Source: Candidatus Krumholzibacteriia bacterium
GTDB lineage: Bacteria; Krumholzibacteriota; Krumholzibacteriia; LZORAL124-64-63
NCBI GenBank assembly: GCA_050174015.1
Contig: JBFXKG010000003.1
Span: 32,001 to 96,000 of the forward strand
Direction: 5' to 3'
Length of the DNA stretch: 64,000 nucleotides
Shown here: piece by piece, positions 18,305-29,045 of the stretch
Layout of the letters: every line of letters starts with the position of its first letter
Numbering within the stretch: position 1 is the first letter of the stretch
Notes under the pieces: generated by a model
Database searches by the model: none
What the model saw: the letters and a program-made list of their open reading frames with translations, nothing else
Told to the model about the DNA's origin: nothing
Made by a program: the position numbers and the translations under genes

Positions 18305-19236
18305 GGTCCAGATTCCTGGGGCAGGATGAGGAGGTCAGCTGCATCCACTGCGGAACCTCTATTTTTCACCTGCTCCTCGATGGCTTTGGCTAGGGAACTT
18401 GCCGAGCGTTCGACGGCGATAGCCAGGACGGTCGACTCCCCCTTCAGGGTCACTTCCCGCATGAGACTGCCGATGATGGAGGCCTTCGAGTCCTTGTTCA
18501 GTTCCAATGACCCGGTGGCGACCAGGCCAAGGACTTCCCGATCGATGTAAGGCCTGAAGGGTTCCATGAGGTCGTCGGCAAGGCAGAATCCGTTGTAGCG
18601 GTTCCGGTGGTGAAGGCCGATGGCGGGATGGAGGCCTGCAATGCAAAGGGCCCGGGCGGTGGCTGCCCGGAGCACAGCATAACCGTAATTCAGCAGGTTG
18701 TTGGGCGGCGCTCCGTGCCGGTACCGGTGGAATGGGGGGGCCACGGCGCGGGGGAACTTTTCGAAAAGTTTGATCCAATAGATCCTGGCTGCCTGGCTTT
18801 CGGCATTTCCTTCGTCTCCACTGCGGACTTTTTCCGCCATCATTTCGAGCTGGTTCCGACAAGCAGGCTCTGTGATCAGGTGCGCCTGGTTCCTGATCTT
18901 TGCCCTGACGATGTTGGCCCAGAGGTTCTTCTTGAGGGGGAGGGAGGCTGCGGCCTGGAACCTCACCCGTTCCCCGTGGAGCGCGTTGCCATCGAGGGGC
19001 AAGAACAGGCCGCAAGGGTGGTGAGTGTCGTCGCATGCGAGAATGACACCGCCTGAAGTCCCGAGAGCTTTCAGGACTCCCGAGGAAATCGTGACGCCCG
19101 TCGTACCGAGGATGACCATCCCGAGATCCTCGACGGGAATACTGGCAAGGGTTGTCTCTTCCCTCTCCACCACGATGCGGGATTCCCGCAGGAAGAGGTG
19201 GGTTCCGCGGGAGGAGACTTCGATAGTCCTTTTCAT
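18295..19236 (-). CDS. cas1: CRISPR-associated endonuclease Cas1 (type II)
   Basis: 'IPVEDLG', 'GNAESQAARIYW', 'NNLLNYGYAVLRA', 'GLHH.N..N.FCLADDLMEPFRP'. Confidence 0.96.
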   Translation of the reverse strand: MKRTIEVSSRGTHLFLRESRIVVEREETTLASIPVEDLGMVILGTTGVTISSGVLKALGTSGGVILACDDTHHPCGLFLPLDGNALHGERVRFQAAASLPLKKNLWANIVRAKIRNQAHLITEPACRNQLEMMAEKVRSGDEGNAESQAARIYWIKLFEKFPRAVAPPFHRYRHGAPPNNLLNYGYAVLRAATARALCIAGLHPAIGLHHRNRYNGFCLADDLMEPFRPYIDREVLGLVATGSLELNKDSKASIIGSLMREVTLKGESTVLAIAVERSASSLAKAIEEQVKNRGSAVDAADLLILPQESGPCH

Positions 19237-19284
19237 GGGGCCTCCAATCAGGCCCCATGGTTATCGGCGGGAAAATGAGATTGT

Positions 19285-22200
19285 TTAGTCGTTTGCCGGA
19301 AAAATCCGACCCAATGGATCCACTTGGATTTTTTTTACCATTAATTCATTCCAAACTTTGAATGAGGCAATTCTTTGAAATGGAGATTTATTTCCAATAT
19401 CTGCACGTCTGGAATCCCGTGCGTCCCTAATAAGCAAATCGAATCGATTTGAAAGCAAATCCGATCCGGAAATATTCTGAATTACACAAACAACCATTTC
19501 CCCCGTTTTGGGATTAAGGGCCTGGACGGACTCCTTTCTGGCCAACGAACAGACGAATTTTTTGTCATTGCCTTGATCTTTGCAAACGGCAGGTTGTTTG
19601 GCTTTTCGAATTCGACGAGCCGCTTCCATGGCCGGGATTACCGCGGCCCATAACTTAAGAGATCTTCCCGAAATGTCGCACTCCTTTGATGCCACTATTT
19701 CCATATGGCTATTTTTTCCTAGTTCCGCAATTCGATGTTTCAATATGGCAGTGTTTTTTATCGTTTTTTCAATCCTCACCTTGCGGATGGGCATTCCCGC
19801 AGGCATGCAAAGGGCAGGCTCGTGCCAACCCTTGGGCAGGGCTTTGGCTTGCCCATCCCAGCCGCGTTCCTCCAGACGCCGGGTGATGATGTGCCTGATG
19901 ACTTCGTCCCGAATGTTCGGGACAACACTTCCACTAAGCGCAGACAAGTCCTTCCGGGTGACGAATGAATCGACTTTGAGATTGCCCTCCCGATCCCGTG
20001 CGGGGCCGTAGAATGTTTCCTTGTGGAGGGCCCCGCTCAGCTTCCGCATGACCCGGTGGGAAACAGTGATGGAAGTCGCGTGGTCGCGTACATCGGCACG
20101 AATTTCCGCCCAGGGTTTGGGAAAATCAGGGTCCTTACCGGACTTCGAGGAATCCTTGACCTTCCAGTAATCCTGATATCGCTTCAGGAATCTCCGGGTG
20201 GAAAGGGCGATGACCACCGCATCGATGGCATGATGGCGATGGTCATCCCGCGATTTCAAGGGATTGCCGTCGGCATCTTTCTTCTCTGAAACGACTTCAT
20301 TGCCGTCGGCATTGTAAAGTGGGGGCAGGATGTTGTTCAGCCCCCACTGTCGGCGCAATTCTGCGGTCAAGCCGCCCCGGCAGGTCTGGATGGCCTTTTC
20401 CCCAGTCCGCAATTCGGGGGGGTAGAGCAGACCCAGATACTGGACGACAAGCGTGGTAAGATACCGGGTGTCATTGAGTTGGCGTAGGGCGAAGGCTTCC
20501 TCGTCCAGGGACAATTTTTTCAGCTTTGCAATTTTCGCGTCCGGAAACGGAACCTCGGCCTTCTTCCCGTTATCAATCTGCTTCTGTGCCCGGCGGATCA
20601 CTTCCCGGAAGCGGTCCGAATCGGGCCCCAACCACTCCGCTGGGGTCCTGTTCCCCTTGTCGAGGTTGGCGGACCTGTGGACCAGGACCTTGTTCATCTG
20701 GGAGTCGTCGAGGCTGCGCCACCTTGGCAGGATGTGGTCGACCTCCCATTCGCCGCCATCGAAGAGTTCGGAAGCAGGAATGGGCCGGCCCGTGTAGAGG
20801 CAGATTTCTCCCTGCTCCTTCCAGAAAAGCCAGCGGTTGATGTCATCGCGGTAGGCCGGGTTCCCCCCGAATTCGGCCACATGTTCCGCGGCCTCTTTGC
20901 GGGATTCCTCCCTGTCACTAATCATCTTGGTGTACTTCTTGCGCGCTTCCGTTCCCTGTTTCATCTCCCTGGCCATTTCCACAACGATGCGCTGGGGAAG
21001 GCCATGCTCCCTAAGGAGGGCGTTGATCACCTTCCGGACCTCCACCAGGGCCCTGCGGACGATGGGATTGGTGAGGTTTTCGAGCTCCTGGGGAAGATCC
21101 GGAGATGATAGCGGGGGCAACCTCTCCATGGCATCGAAAACGCGCCTATCCGGGTAGGCCTCCTTGACGGCCTGGTACTCGCCAGCACCCATTTCGAAAT
21201 GAGGGAGCAGGTTTTCCACGGCTTTCAAGGAATAGCCCAGGTATCCATCCGCCGGCGTCCACGGAGCCAGCTTAACCGCAGAATCCCTTTCCAGACCCGC
21301 TCCGCAGAGCTGGCGAACGAGAAGGTCCTGGTCCTCCCCGTGGACGATACCCCAACGGAGGGCGGTCTTGGTTTCGTCGGCCACATCCGCCCATTTCTTC
21401 TTGCCGAAGGCGACGGAGAGCTTGTGTTCCACGGAATTCCCGAGAAGGGCTTTCCTGTCCCCGCGTTCGAGGTTGAACCGGGCGTCGGGATCGAGGCCCA
21501 GTTTGAAGAGGGCTTTGCGGAGATCGTCGAACTTCACCTTGTCCTTGATGGAAAGGAGTGATAGGACCGCTTCACGTTCATTCGGTGCGAGGTCCCTTTC
21601 CTTCCCGAAGTGCTCGCTGACTCGGAGATTTGCGACTTCCTTGAAGATCCGGAATTGCTGGGCTTTCCAATCACCTTTGGGGCAGCATAGTTCCCCAGGC
21701 TCGAAGGGGCAGGGGCGGACCGATGGGGCGCGGTGCAGGTTGGCTCTCGCCGGTGCTCGGTTTCGTCGTTCCTCGGTCACTTCGAAGGGGTGCTGGAAGA
21801 AGATGGTTTCGTGGATTTTCTCGACCAGATCCGGGGTCAAAAGCTCGGGGTGGAATTCCCTTTGTGAGGAAATCAGAGCCTCGAATTCCTGTTCATACAT
21901 GTCCCGCCGCGTGTGGCGCTTGCGGATCCGGGCAATGTCAGGTCCCTGCCCTGATCGAGCAATCTTATCCAGGTACTGGCCGAGGGTTTTGCATCCCGCC
22001 TCCTTGATGTCCTTTTCCAGTTGCCCGATTTCCAGGAGGATTCCCTCGTCGTCCTTGGCCTTTCCCCCTTTGCGGTTCGACTTGAAGCCGCGGCGCTGGC
22101 AGATGTGCAGGAGGATCCGGCCGAGTTCATGGGGCTCGACGGCTTGGGACAAGGCCATAGCCCGGAGTTGGTAAGGGTCGGACCGAAAGAGAGCGTCAAG

Positions 22201-22509
22201 TTGGTTTTGATCCTCCGGCAGCAGCCCCGCCTCGGTCAACAGCGAGCGCAACTGCTTTTTCCGAGCGTTGCGCCGGGCGTGGTTCCTCCGCATGGACCGG
22301 GCCGTTCTCCGGGCCTGATTCAGGGATTGTTCTTTGGCCGTGTCGAAATTGTCGAGTCCGGCTTCGAAAACCCGGACCCCCATGGGCGGATGCTGGGCGG
22401 CGGAGGTATCGAAAAAACCGACGGGTTCACCCGTTTCGGGATCCGCTTCGAGCATGGCCCAGCCGATGGAATTCGGTCCGAGATCCAAGCCGAGAATATA
22501 TCGCGCCAT
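19285..22509 (-). CDS. cas9: Type II-C Cas9, 1074 aa
   Basis: RuvC-I 'YILGLDLGPNSIGWA'; Arg-rich bridge helix; RuvC-II 'IVVEMARE'; HNH 'EVDHILP...NKVL....N.DKGNRTP'; RuvC-III 'HRHHAIDA'. No csn2 or cas4 in the locus. Confidence 0.97.
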   Translation of the reverse strand: MARYILGLDLGPNSIGWAMLEADPETGEPVGFFDTSAAQHPPMGVRVFEAGLDNFDTAKEQSLNQARRTARSMRRNHARRNARKKQLRSLLTEAGLLPEDQNQLDALFRSDPYQLRAMALSQAVEPHELGRILLHICQRRGFKSNRKGGKAKDDEGILLEIGQLEKDIKEAGCKTLGQYLDKIARSGQGPDIARIRKRHTRRDMYEQEFEALISSQREFHPELLTPDLVEKIHETIFFQHPFEVTEERRNRAPARANLHRAPSVRPCPFEPGELCCPKGDWKAQQFRIFKEVANLRVSEHFGKERDLAPNEREAVLSLLSIKDKVKFDDLRKALFKLGLDPDARFNLERGDRKALLGNSVEHKLSVAFGKKKWADVADETKTALRWGIVHGEDQDLLVRQLCGAGLERDSAVKLAPWTPADGYLGYSLKAVENLLPHFEMGAGEYQAVKEAYPDRRVFDAMERLPPLSSPDLPQELENLTNPIVRRALVEVRKVINALLREHGLPQRIVVEMAREMKQGTEARKKYTKMISDREESRKEAAEHVAEFGGNPAYRDDINRWLFWKEQGEICLYTGRPIPASELFDGGEWEVDHILPRWRSLDDSQMNKVLVHRSANLDKGNRTPAEWLGPDSDRFREVIRRAQKQIDNGKKAEVPFPDAKIAKLKKLSLDEEAFALRQLNDTRYLTTLVVQYLGLLYPPELRTGEKAIQTCRGGLTAELRRQWGLNNILPPLYNADGNEVVSEKKDADGNPLKSRDDHRHHAIDAVVIALSTRRFLKRYQDYWKVKDSSKSGKDPDFPKPWAEIRADVRDHATSITVSHRVMRKLSGALHKETFYGPARDREGNLKVDSFVTRKDLSALSGSVVPNIRDEVIRHIITRRLEERGWDGQAKALPKGWHEPALCMPAGMPIRKVRIEKTIKNTAILKHRIAELGKNSHMEIVASKECDISGRSLKLWAAVIPAMEAARRIRKAKQPAVCKDQGNDKKFVCSLARKESVQALNPKTGEMVVCVIQNISGSDLLSNRFDLLIRDARDSRRADIGNKSPFQRIASFKVWNELMVKKIQVDPLGRIFPAND

Positions 22510-22567
22510 AGTTCCAACTCCCTTGGTGGTATAGGATTAATAAACTGTAGAAGATGAGATTAGCATC

Positions 22568-22596
22568 TTGACATCCCCATGCCAAGCCGATAAAAT
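22568..22596 (+). promoter_or_regulatory. tracrRNA promoter
   Basis: TTGACA-N17-TAAAAT; predicted +1 coincides with the start of the anti-repeat (~22603). Confidence 0.8.
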
Positions 22597-22602
22597 GCTT
22601 TC

Positions 22603-22695
22603 AGTGTAACTGATCAGGGTCTGCTGTTCTTTTCACACCAAGGACTCAGATCCGCAGGCTCTGCGGCCCGGCTTCGGTCGGGTCGCAACCGTTTC
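22603..22695 (+). ncRNA. tracrRNA (3' end approximate)
   Basis: AGTGTAACTGATCAGGGTCTGCTG is complementary to the repeat 3' part (with G-U pairs), followed by AAGG (nexus-like) and hairpins CCGCAG-gct-CTGCGG and CCCGGC-ttcg-GTCGGG. Confidence 0.88.
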
Positions 22696-22857
22696 AGGCC
22701 TGGAATCTCCTCCCACGCCTTTCCGGAATTTCCATACTTCGAAGCCCATTTCTGCTACAATGAATGCCTTGGTGTACCCAGGGTCCCTTGCCTTTGGTAG
22801 CCGGCCAGATGGCAGGAACCAGGCTGCGGCAGGTTCGCCGCGAACCGGGAGCAAGCC

Positions 22858-23478
22858 ATGAAATCCCTCATCCTGGTGGCGGCGGCCTTCATCCTCGCCG
22901 CCCTGCCCGCCGTCCAGGCGCCCGCCCAGATCATCGACACCGAACCCGACGTGATCGGGTTCTTCCTGGACCCGATCGGCAACGTGCCCGGGGCCTGCAA
23001 TCCCTTCCTTGCCTATGACGCCTACCTCATGATCACCCGGCCCAGCGACACCTCGGGGCTGACCGCCTACCAGTGCTCCTTCACCATTCCGCCCGTCGTG
23101 CAGCCCCTGGGATTCCAGCCGGCCGGAGGCATCATCATCACGGATTACTTCCCTGTGCTGGACGTCTTCTACTCGACCCCGTTGCCCTGGGCGAACGACG
23201 TCTACATCCTGGGGACCTGGCGGTTCTTCCTCGCGACGGGGACCGACTGGGTCCTGCTCGCCGATCACTTCCCGGCCGAATGGTATCAGGCCGCCTACCG
23301 CACGGTCGCTTCGGGCGAGACCCGAATCCCCGTCCATCCCGCCGACTGGGGCAACGGAATGCCCATCGGGCCGCCCTTGTCCGATGGCGTCTTCTGGTTG
23401 AACGAACCGGGGTTCTGCGGGTACGTGGTCGATGAAGAGAAGGAATCCTGGGGCGGGGTGAAGGGCCTGTACCGCTGA
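22858..23478 (+). CDS. Secreted hypothetical protein with C-terminal 'SWGGVKGLYR' motif
   Basis: Signal peptide 'MKSLILVAAAFILAALPAVQA'; GGAG RBS. Confidence 0.82.
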   Translation: MKSLILVAAAFILAALPAVQAPAQIIDTEPDVIGFFLDPIGNVPGACNPFLAYDAYLMITRPSDTSGLTAYQCSFTIPPVVQPLGFQPAGGIIITDYFPVLDVFYSTPLPWANDVYILGTWRFFLATGTDWVLLADHFPAEWYQAAYRTVASGETRIPVHPADWGNGMPIGPPLSDGVFWLNEPGFCGYVVDEEKESWGGVKGLYR

Positions 23479-23509
23479 AAGGGAGCGACCAGCAGGAGTA
23501 CCGGATCGC

Positions 23510-23541
23510 ACGAGGCCCCGGGCGTCGCACCCGGGGCCTCG
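23510..23541. terminator. Hairpin between convergent genes
   Basis: CGAGGCCCCGGG-cgtcgca-CCCGGGGCCTCG. Confidence 0.6.
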
Positions 23542-23577
23542 GTTGTCGGGAGATGGTGGGACCGCCGACCGCCGCCG

Positions 23578-25455
23578 TCAGGCTTCGACGGTCTCCCGGC
23601 TGAACACGTCCTCCAGCATGGCATCGATGTCTTCACCCTGGCGGCGGGATCGACCTTGGCCCGCGGGGACGGCCCGGCCTCTCGCCCTGCCATCTCCGCT
23701 TCCCCCGTAGACCAGCAGCTCGAGGGTCTTGACCAGGTCTAGCATCACCCGCGCCTGGGCGTTCATCTCCTCGCTGACGGAAGCGGTCTCCTCGGCGCTG
23801 GCGGCGCTGCTCTGGGTCACGTCCTCGAGCCCGGACATGCCGGATTCGATCTCCTTGACGCCGGCCGCCTGCTGGCCCGACGCCTGGCTGACCTGGGCCA
23901 CCTTGTCGGTCACGCCTTCCAGGTTGCGGTTGAGCTTTTCCAGGATGCCGCCCAGGTCCTTGCAGGAATCGACCCCGTTGCCGGCGTTTTCCCGGGCCTG
24001 ATCCAAAAGGACGGTGGTGTCGCGGGCGGCCGCCGCCGCCCTCTGGGCGAGGTTCCTCACCTCTTCGGCCACCACGGCGAATCCCTTGCCCGCCTCGCCC
24101 GCCCGGGCAGCCTCCACGGCGGCGTTGAGGGCCAGCAGGTTGGTCTGGAAGGCGATCTCGTCGATGGTCTTGATGATCTTGGCGGTCTCCTCCGCCGAAT
24201 CCCGGATGACGTCGATGGCATCCCGCATCCGCTCCATGGCCATCCGTCCGTTCTCGGCCTCCTTGCGGGCTTCCTCGGTGGCGTTGTGGGCGTCCCGGGC
24301 CCCTGCGGCGTTGGCCGACACGTTGGCCGAGATCTCCCTGAGGGTGGCCGACAGTTCCTCCAGGCCGGCGGCCTGTTCGCTCGCCCCGGAGGCCATCATC
24401 TGGCTGGCGCTCGAGACCTGCTCGGCGGCCCCGTCCACCTGCTCGGCGCCCGAGCCCAGGCCGGCGATGGCCTTGACGATGGGGCCGTTGATGCTGCGGG
24501 TCATGAAGACCGTCAGGACCAGGCCCAGGATGATGCCTGCGCCGATGCAGATCAGCACGAGGGTGATGGTGCGCCGGGCCCGGGCGGTGGCTTCCCCGAT
24601 GCGGGTCTCGGAGAGTTCGTGCCCCTGGGCGGCGATTTCGGCCACGATGGGTTCGATGGCGTGGACCGAAGCGCGCATGGCGCCCGTCAGCTCCTTGATG
24701 CGGTCGTCTTCTCCGACCAAGCCATCGAAGACCTTGCGGTAGTGGTCGAGGGAGGAGAGGGATCCCGATATCCTTTCCCCGGAGACATTCCCGGCCGAAA
24801 GGCTCTTCACCCAGGCGGAGAGTTCGTCCAACTCTTCGTGCACCTTGCCCAGGTACTTGTCCCGCATGGGATAGGACCCGTCCGGCCCCTGGGTTTCGTG
24901 ACGCAGCAGGTAATCTTTCTCACTCCGGCGGAGGGAGAGCAGGAGGGTCCGTCCGGTCAGGAATTCCTCCCCGCCCAGGGTCTTTTCCAGATCGTGGGCG
25001 GCGTCCCGGAACTGGCCTTGCATGCCGGAGTCGAAGTCGAGGCCCCGGCGCTCCCAGGAGGCGACCAGTGCGGAGAATTCCTTCTGGTAATCGTCGGCGG
25101 CCCGCCCGGCGTCCTGGGACTTGGCCGCCAGTTCGGACTGGCCGAGGGATTCGGCGATTTCTCCCGTGGCCGCGAGGGCGCCCTTCAGCAGCTCCAGGTT
25201 CGCGGCGAGTTGCCCGGAATACTTGAGATCCCTGCGGAGGAGGAAGTCCTTCTCGTCCCTGCGGCACTGGAGCATGGCGATTTCGGCCCTCCGGGCTGCA
25301 GTCGCGAGCTTTGCTTCTTTTTCGAAAATCTGGTTGAATTGGTCGGTGACACCCATCAGGTTCAGCAGGCCGACGGCGCCGACGACGACCATGAGGCCCA
25401 GAAGCAACCCGGAAGTGAGGCCGATCTTCGCGGACAATTTGAGATTCTTGAACAT
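23578..25455 (-). CDS. Methyl-accepting chemotaxis protein
   Basis: Two TMs flanking a helical sensor domain; '[37 protein letters not shown]'. Confidence 0.95.
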   Translation of the reverse strand: MFKNLKLSAKIGLTSGLLLGLMVVVGAVGLLNLMGVTDQFNQIFEKEAKLATAARRAEIAMLQCRRDEKDFLLRRDLKYSGQLAANLELLKGALAATGEIAESLGQSELAAKSQDAGRAADDYQKEFSALVASWERRGLDFDSGMQGQFRDAAHDLEKTLGGEEFLTGRTLLLSLRRSEKDYLLRHETQGPDGSYPMRDKYLGKVHEELDELSAWVKSLSAGNVSGERISGSLSSLDHYRKVFDGLVGEDDRIKELTGAMRASVHAIEPIVAEIAAQGHELSETRIGEATARARRTITLVLICIGAGIILGLVLTVFMTRSINGPIVKAIAGLGSGAEQVDGAAEQVSSASQMMASGASEQAAGLEELSATLREISANVSANAAGARDAHNATEEARKEAENGRMAMERMRDAIDVIRDSAEETAKIIKTIDEIAFQTNLLALNAAVEAARAGEAGKGFAVVAEEVRNLAQRAAAAARDTTVLLDQARENAGNGVDSCKDLGGILEKLNRNLEGVTDKVAQVSQASGQQAAGVKEIESGMSGLEDVTQSSAASAEETASVSEEMNAQARVMLDLVKTLELLVYGGSGDGRARGRAVPAGQGRSRRQGEDIDAMLEDVFSRETVEA

Positions 25456-25595
25456 TTCGCTACCCCCGAAATCCAATGCCGGAAATGGCCACTAAGACGG
25501 TTCGTGTTGAGGCAATTCGGGAACGCACGGGATTTCTTTAGAAAAATATTGAAAATCAGTGTCCATTGGTCCGGTTGAGACCAGGGAGGCCACCG

Positions 25596-27152
25596 TTGCT
25601 CGACGCCTTGATCATCCTCGCCTACTTCGCGGTCGTCATGGCGGTCGCGTTCCGGGCGCGCCTGCGGGGCGACGCCGGCATCGACGAGTACTTCGTCAGC
25701 GGCCGCAACCTGCGCTGGTGGTCCATCGCCGCCTCGACCATCGCCACCAACCTGCACGCCGGCCACTTCCTGGCCGTCATCGGGGCCGCCTACGCTTACG
25801 GCATCGCCCAGGCCAACTTCGAGCTCAACGCCGTGTTCGGTCTGATCATGGCCGCGTTCGTCTTCGTCCCTTTGTACCTGCGCGCCCGCGTGGTCACCAT
25901 CACCCAGTTCTTCGAGCAGAAGTTCGGCCGGGGCGTGGCCACGACCTACTCCCTTTTGACGATGTTTCTGTACGGAACCCTTTACCTGGGCGGGACCCTG
26001 TTCTGGGGTGGTTACTCGCTGGAGATCCTGTTCGGGGATGCCGTGCAGGCGGTCGTGGGCGGGACGCCGGCGGTGAGGATCGGAATCATGATCGTCCTGC
26101 TGGGGGGCATCTCCGCCTTGTACACCTATTTCGGTGGCCTGGGGGCCGTGGTCCGCACGGACGTCGTTCAGTTCGTGCTCCTTCTGGGTGGCGGCATCGT
26201 GGTCAGCGCCCTGGCGGTGACCCGGGCGGGCGGCCTGGGCGAGCTCTACGCCCTGGCGCCCGACCGGATGCACCTGCACCTGCCCAACTCCCACGATCAG
26301 CTGCCGTGGCTGGGCATCCTGGCGATGAACCTGCTGAACCTGCAGTACTGGGGCTGCAACCAGGTGATTTTGCAGAGGTCGCTGGCCGCCCGCAGCCTGA
26401 AGGACGCCCAGATCGGGCTGCTGGTGGGCGGGATCTTCAAGTTCGTGACCGCCGGCATGCTGGTGATGCCGGGAGTGGCCCTGGTGGTGATCCTGGGCCC
26501 GGAGGGCGAGCTGGACGATCCGGACCAGGCCTACATCCGCATCGTGGAACTGCTGCTGTCGCCGGGGGTGCGGGGGCTGGTCCTGTGCGGACTGTTCGCC
26601 TCGCTGATGAGCAGCGTCGACTCGATCTTCAACTCCATCTCGACCCTGTGGTCCATCGACTTCTACAAGCGCTACCTGAGGCGGGACGCCACCGAGCAGC
26701 AGGTGGTCGCGGTGGGCCGCCGGGCCATCCTGGCCACGCTGGCCATCGGCATCCTGTTCGGATTCGCCTTCACGTACATCAAGATGGCTGACCCCTCGTT
26801 CCCCCTCGATCCCTTCTTCAAGAAGACCAGCTACTTCATCAAGAACGGGTTCGTGGTGCTGATCTCAGCTGCGGTGTTCCTGCGGGATCCCTCGCGCCGC
26901 CTGGTCTGGGCGGCCATGCTGGTCACCATCCCCGTGACGATCGCCGTGAACCTGGCCTACGCCGGGACCCCGTACCTGATCCTGACCTCGGTGATCATCG
27001 CGGCGGGATTCCTGGTGGTCGCGGTGCCGACCTGGCTCAGGCGGGGTTGGCGGCTGGAGTCACGCCTGTTCCAGTCGGGAGGCCGGGCCGTCGGCTGGTT
27101 CGGGGCCGCGCTGGGGGTGGCGCTGGTCGCGGCGCACGTCGTGTTTCACTGA
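25596..27152 (+). CDS. Sodium:solute symporter (SSS family)
   Basis: 'YFVSGRNLRWW', 'YTYFGGLGAVVRTDVVQ', 'YWGCNQVILQRSLAA', 'ASLMSSVDS..NS.ST....DFY'; TTG start after GGAGG. Confidence 0.92.
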   Translation: MLDALIILAYFAVVMAVAFRARLRGDAGIDEYFVSGRNLRWWSIAASTIATNLHAGHFLAVIGAAYAYGIAQANFELNAVFGLIMAAFVFVPLYLRARVVTITQFFEQKFGRGVATTYSLLTMFLYGTLYLGGTLFWGGYSLEILFGDAVQAVVGGTPAVRIGIMIVLLGGISALYTYFGGLGAVVRTDVVQFVLLLGGGIVVSALAVTRAGGLGELYALAPDRMHLHLPNSHDQLPWLGILAMNLLNLQYWGCNQVILQRSLAARSLKDAQIGLLVGGIFKFVTAGMLVMPGVALVVILGPEGELDDPDQAYIRIVELLLSPGVRGLVLCGLFASLMSSVDSIFNSISTLWSIDFYKRYLRRDATEQQVVAVGRRAILATLAIGILFGFAFTYIKMADPSFPLDPFFKKTSYFIKNGFVVLISAAVFLRDPSRRLVWAAMLVTIPVTIAVNLAYAGTPYLILTSVIIAAGFLVVAVPTWLRRGWRLESRLFQSGGRAVGWFGAALGVALVAAHVVFH

Positions 27153-27811
27153 ACCCCGGACGAACCGGAGGCGGGCCCCGGCCGCCGGATCCGCGCCGGG
27201 TCGGCCCGCACCCCGATCACCCTGCCGCTACCTGGATGGCCCGGAGGCAGGCGCACGAAGAGGCGATTGTCGGAGCCGGGGCCCAGCCCGTTGAAGGCGC
27301 CGTCGATCTGGACCGGGCCGTCCCCCGTGAACCGCGATTCCCTTTCCTTTTCGTGGCATACGAACAGGATCCCCGCGTCGGCCACCTCGATGGTGTCCCC
27401 TTCCTGCACGATGGAAAGGACAAGGGCGCCCGGATCGATCGCCACCCCGCCGTCCTCCATGAAAAGGGCGGAGGCCCGGAACCACGCGTGGTCGGGATCC
27501 TCCTTGATCCGGATGGTCCACGGATGATCGCGGGCGACCTGGTCCTTCATGGCCTGGAATTCCGGCTGGCCCATGGCGCCGGCCATGGGCCGCTCGACGG
27601 TGAGGGAACGGTCGCGCAGGAATCGGGTGTCGATCCGTCCGCCCACCAGGAAACGGACGCCGGCGGCCTCGCAGGAGACGACCTCATCGCCCAGGCGGTC
27701 CGGGACGGGCGGGGACCCGCCGGCCACGGGGAAGTTGCCGGTGACGTGGCCGCAACCGGCCGCCGTCAGGATCAGGGCGGCGGCGAATCGGGTCAGGCCT
27801 CTGATCGTCAC
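27146..27811 (-). CDS. Hypothetical lipoprotein
   Basis: GTGA overlap with the upstream gene; lipobox 'AAGC'. Confidence 0.65.
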   Translation of the reverse strand: MTIRGLTRFAAALILTAAGCGHVTGNFPVAGGSPPVPDRLGDEVVSCEAAGVRFLVGGRIDTRFLRDRSLTVERPMAGAMGQPEFQAMKDQVARDHPWTIRIKEDPDHAWFRASALFMEDGGVAIDPGALVLSIVQEGDTIEVADAGILFVCHEKERESRFTGDGPVQIDGAFNGLGPGSDNRLFVRLPPGHPGSGRVIGVRADPARIRRPGPASGSSGVQ

Positions 27812-29022
27812 TTCGCCGCTCCCCCGGCAACGAACTTCACCGGATCCAGCCGGTAGGCGCTCACGGTCAGGGCGGCGTCGGGAGCGGAAGGGTGCGCGGA
27901 CCCGGGTGCGTTCCGGATGAAGCGTTCGGCCCCGTGGACGATGACCATGAAGTCGTCGGAGCCGAAGAAGACGCGGTCGATGCTCTCGTCGCCGGGACCC
28001 AGGATCCGGACCGTTCCTGCGGCGCGGCCGTCGGGCGTGACGGCCTCCAGGGCGAGGAAGACTCCCTCGTGGCGGTGCAGTCCCGCCCGGTTGGTGCGCA
28101 CCCACAGGCTGCCGTCGGACCGGGGATAGATGGAACGGACGACGGCCTCGGTCTCGCTGGCCACCAGTTCCACCCCGAAGCGGGCCGGCGATACTCCGCC
28201 CCACAGGTAGTCGAGGAAGCGCCGTTTCTCGAATTCCTCCCGCTTCCGCCCTGGGAACTCGAACTCCGCGCGGCAGGCGAAACGGCCGTCGGGGGTGAAC
28301 CACCGCAGGTGGTACCTGTCCCAGAACGGGGCCGCCACGATCCGTCCCCTGGCGTCGACGGTCCAGGGATCCCACAGGCTGAAGTAGTTCTCCTCCTCGA
28401 CGTCGGCCCCGGCGACTTCGCCCACGTCGAGCAGGCGCCGGGTCGGGGGGATGGGATCGGGAACGCCGAGGTCGGGGAATTCCGCCAGGTAGGACCAGAG
28501 GCCGTAGACCAGGTCGGTCGAGGACTTCACCACCGGCTCCCGGATCACGGCCACGACGGCGCCGGTTTCGCCGGTCCGGGGCAGGGCGTGGATCCTTCCC
28601 ACCTGGACCAGCCCCGTCTCGATGCCGGCCGGCCGCAAGCACCCGCGGGGTGCGCCGGTGCAGGGGTCGAGCTTGATGATCCTGCCGGACTGCCTGGACA
28701 CCACGCCCAGCGAGCCGTCCGGCATGCCGGCCAGGAATCCCGGCGACCGGAACTCGCCGGGACCGTCGCCTTCGCGGCCGAGGGACCGGACGGGAATCCC
28801 GTCCGGGCCGAAGACCCTGATCACGCAGAGCTGGGAATCGAGCACGTAGACGGTGTCGCCGGGGGCGATGTGGACGTCCTCGATGCGGCCGAAGACGACG
28901 TCCCCGGATCCGTCGGCGCCGGCGGTCCAGAGAGGTCGGAGCAGATAGTCCTGGCTGAATACGGCACCCGGTACCAAGGCCGCGATCAGAAACGCAGCCG
29001 CCGCGAGAGTTCGCCCTGTCAT
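27808..29022 (-). CDS. Secreted 6-bladed beta-propeller (NHL-like) protein
   Basis: Signal peptide; 'VYVLDSQLCVIRVFGPDG...LGREGDGPGEFRSP' motif; AAGGA RBS. Confidence 0.8.
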   Translation of the reverse strand: MTGRTLAAAAFLIAALVPGAVFSQDYLLRPLWTAGADGSGDVVFGRIEDVHIAPGDTVYVLDSQLCVIRVFGPDGIPVRSLGREGDGPGEFRSPGFLAGMPDGSLGVVSRQSGRIIKLDPCTGAPRGCLRPAGIETGLVQVGRIHALPRTGETGAVVAVIREPVVKSSTDLVYGLWSYLAEFPDLGVPDPIPPTRRLLDVGEVAGADVEEENYFSLWDPWTVDARGRIVAAPFWDRYHLRWFTPDGRFACRAEFEFPGRKREEFEKRRFLDYLWGGVSPARFGVELVASETEAVVRSIYPRSDGSLWVRTNRAGLHRHEGVFLALEAVTPDGRAAGTVRILGPGDESIDRVFFGSDDFMVIVHGAERFIRNAPGSAHPSAPDAALTVSAYRLDPVKFVAGGAAK

Positions 29023-29045
29023 GCCGGACGTCCTTTCGGCCGGGG

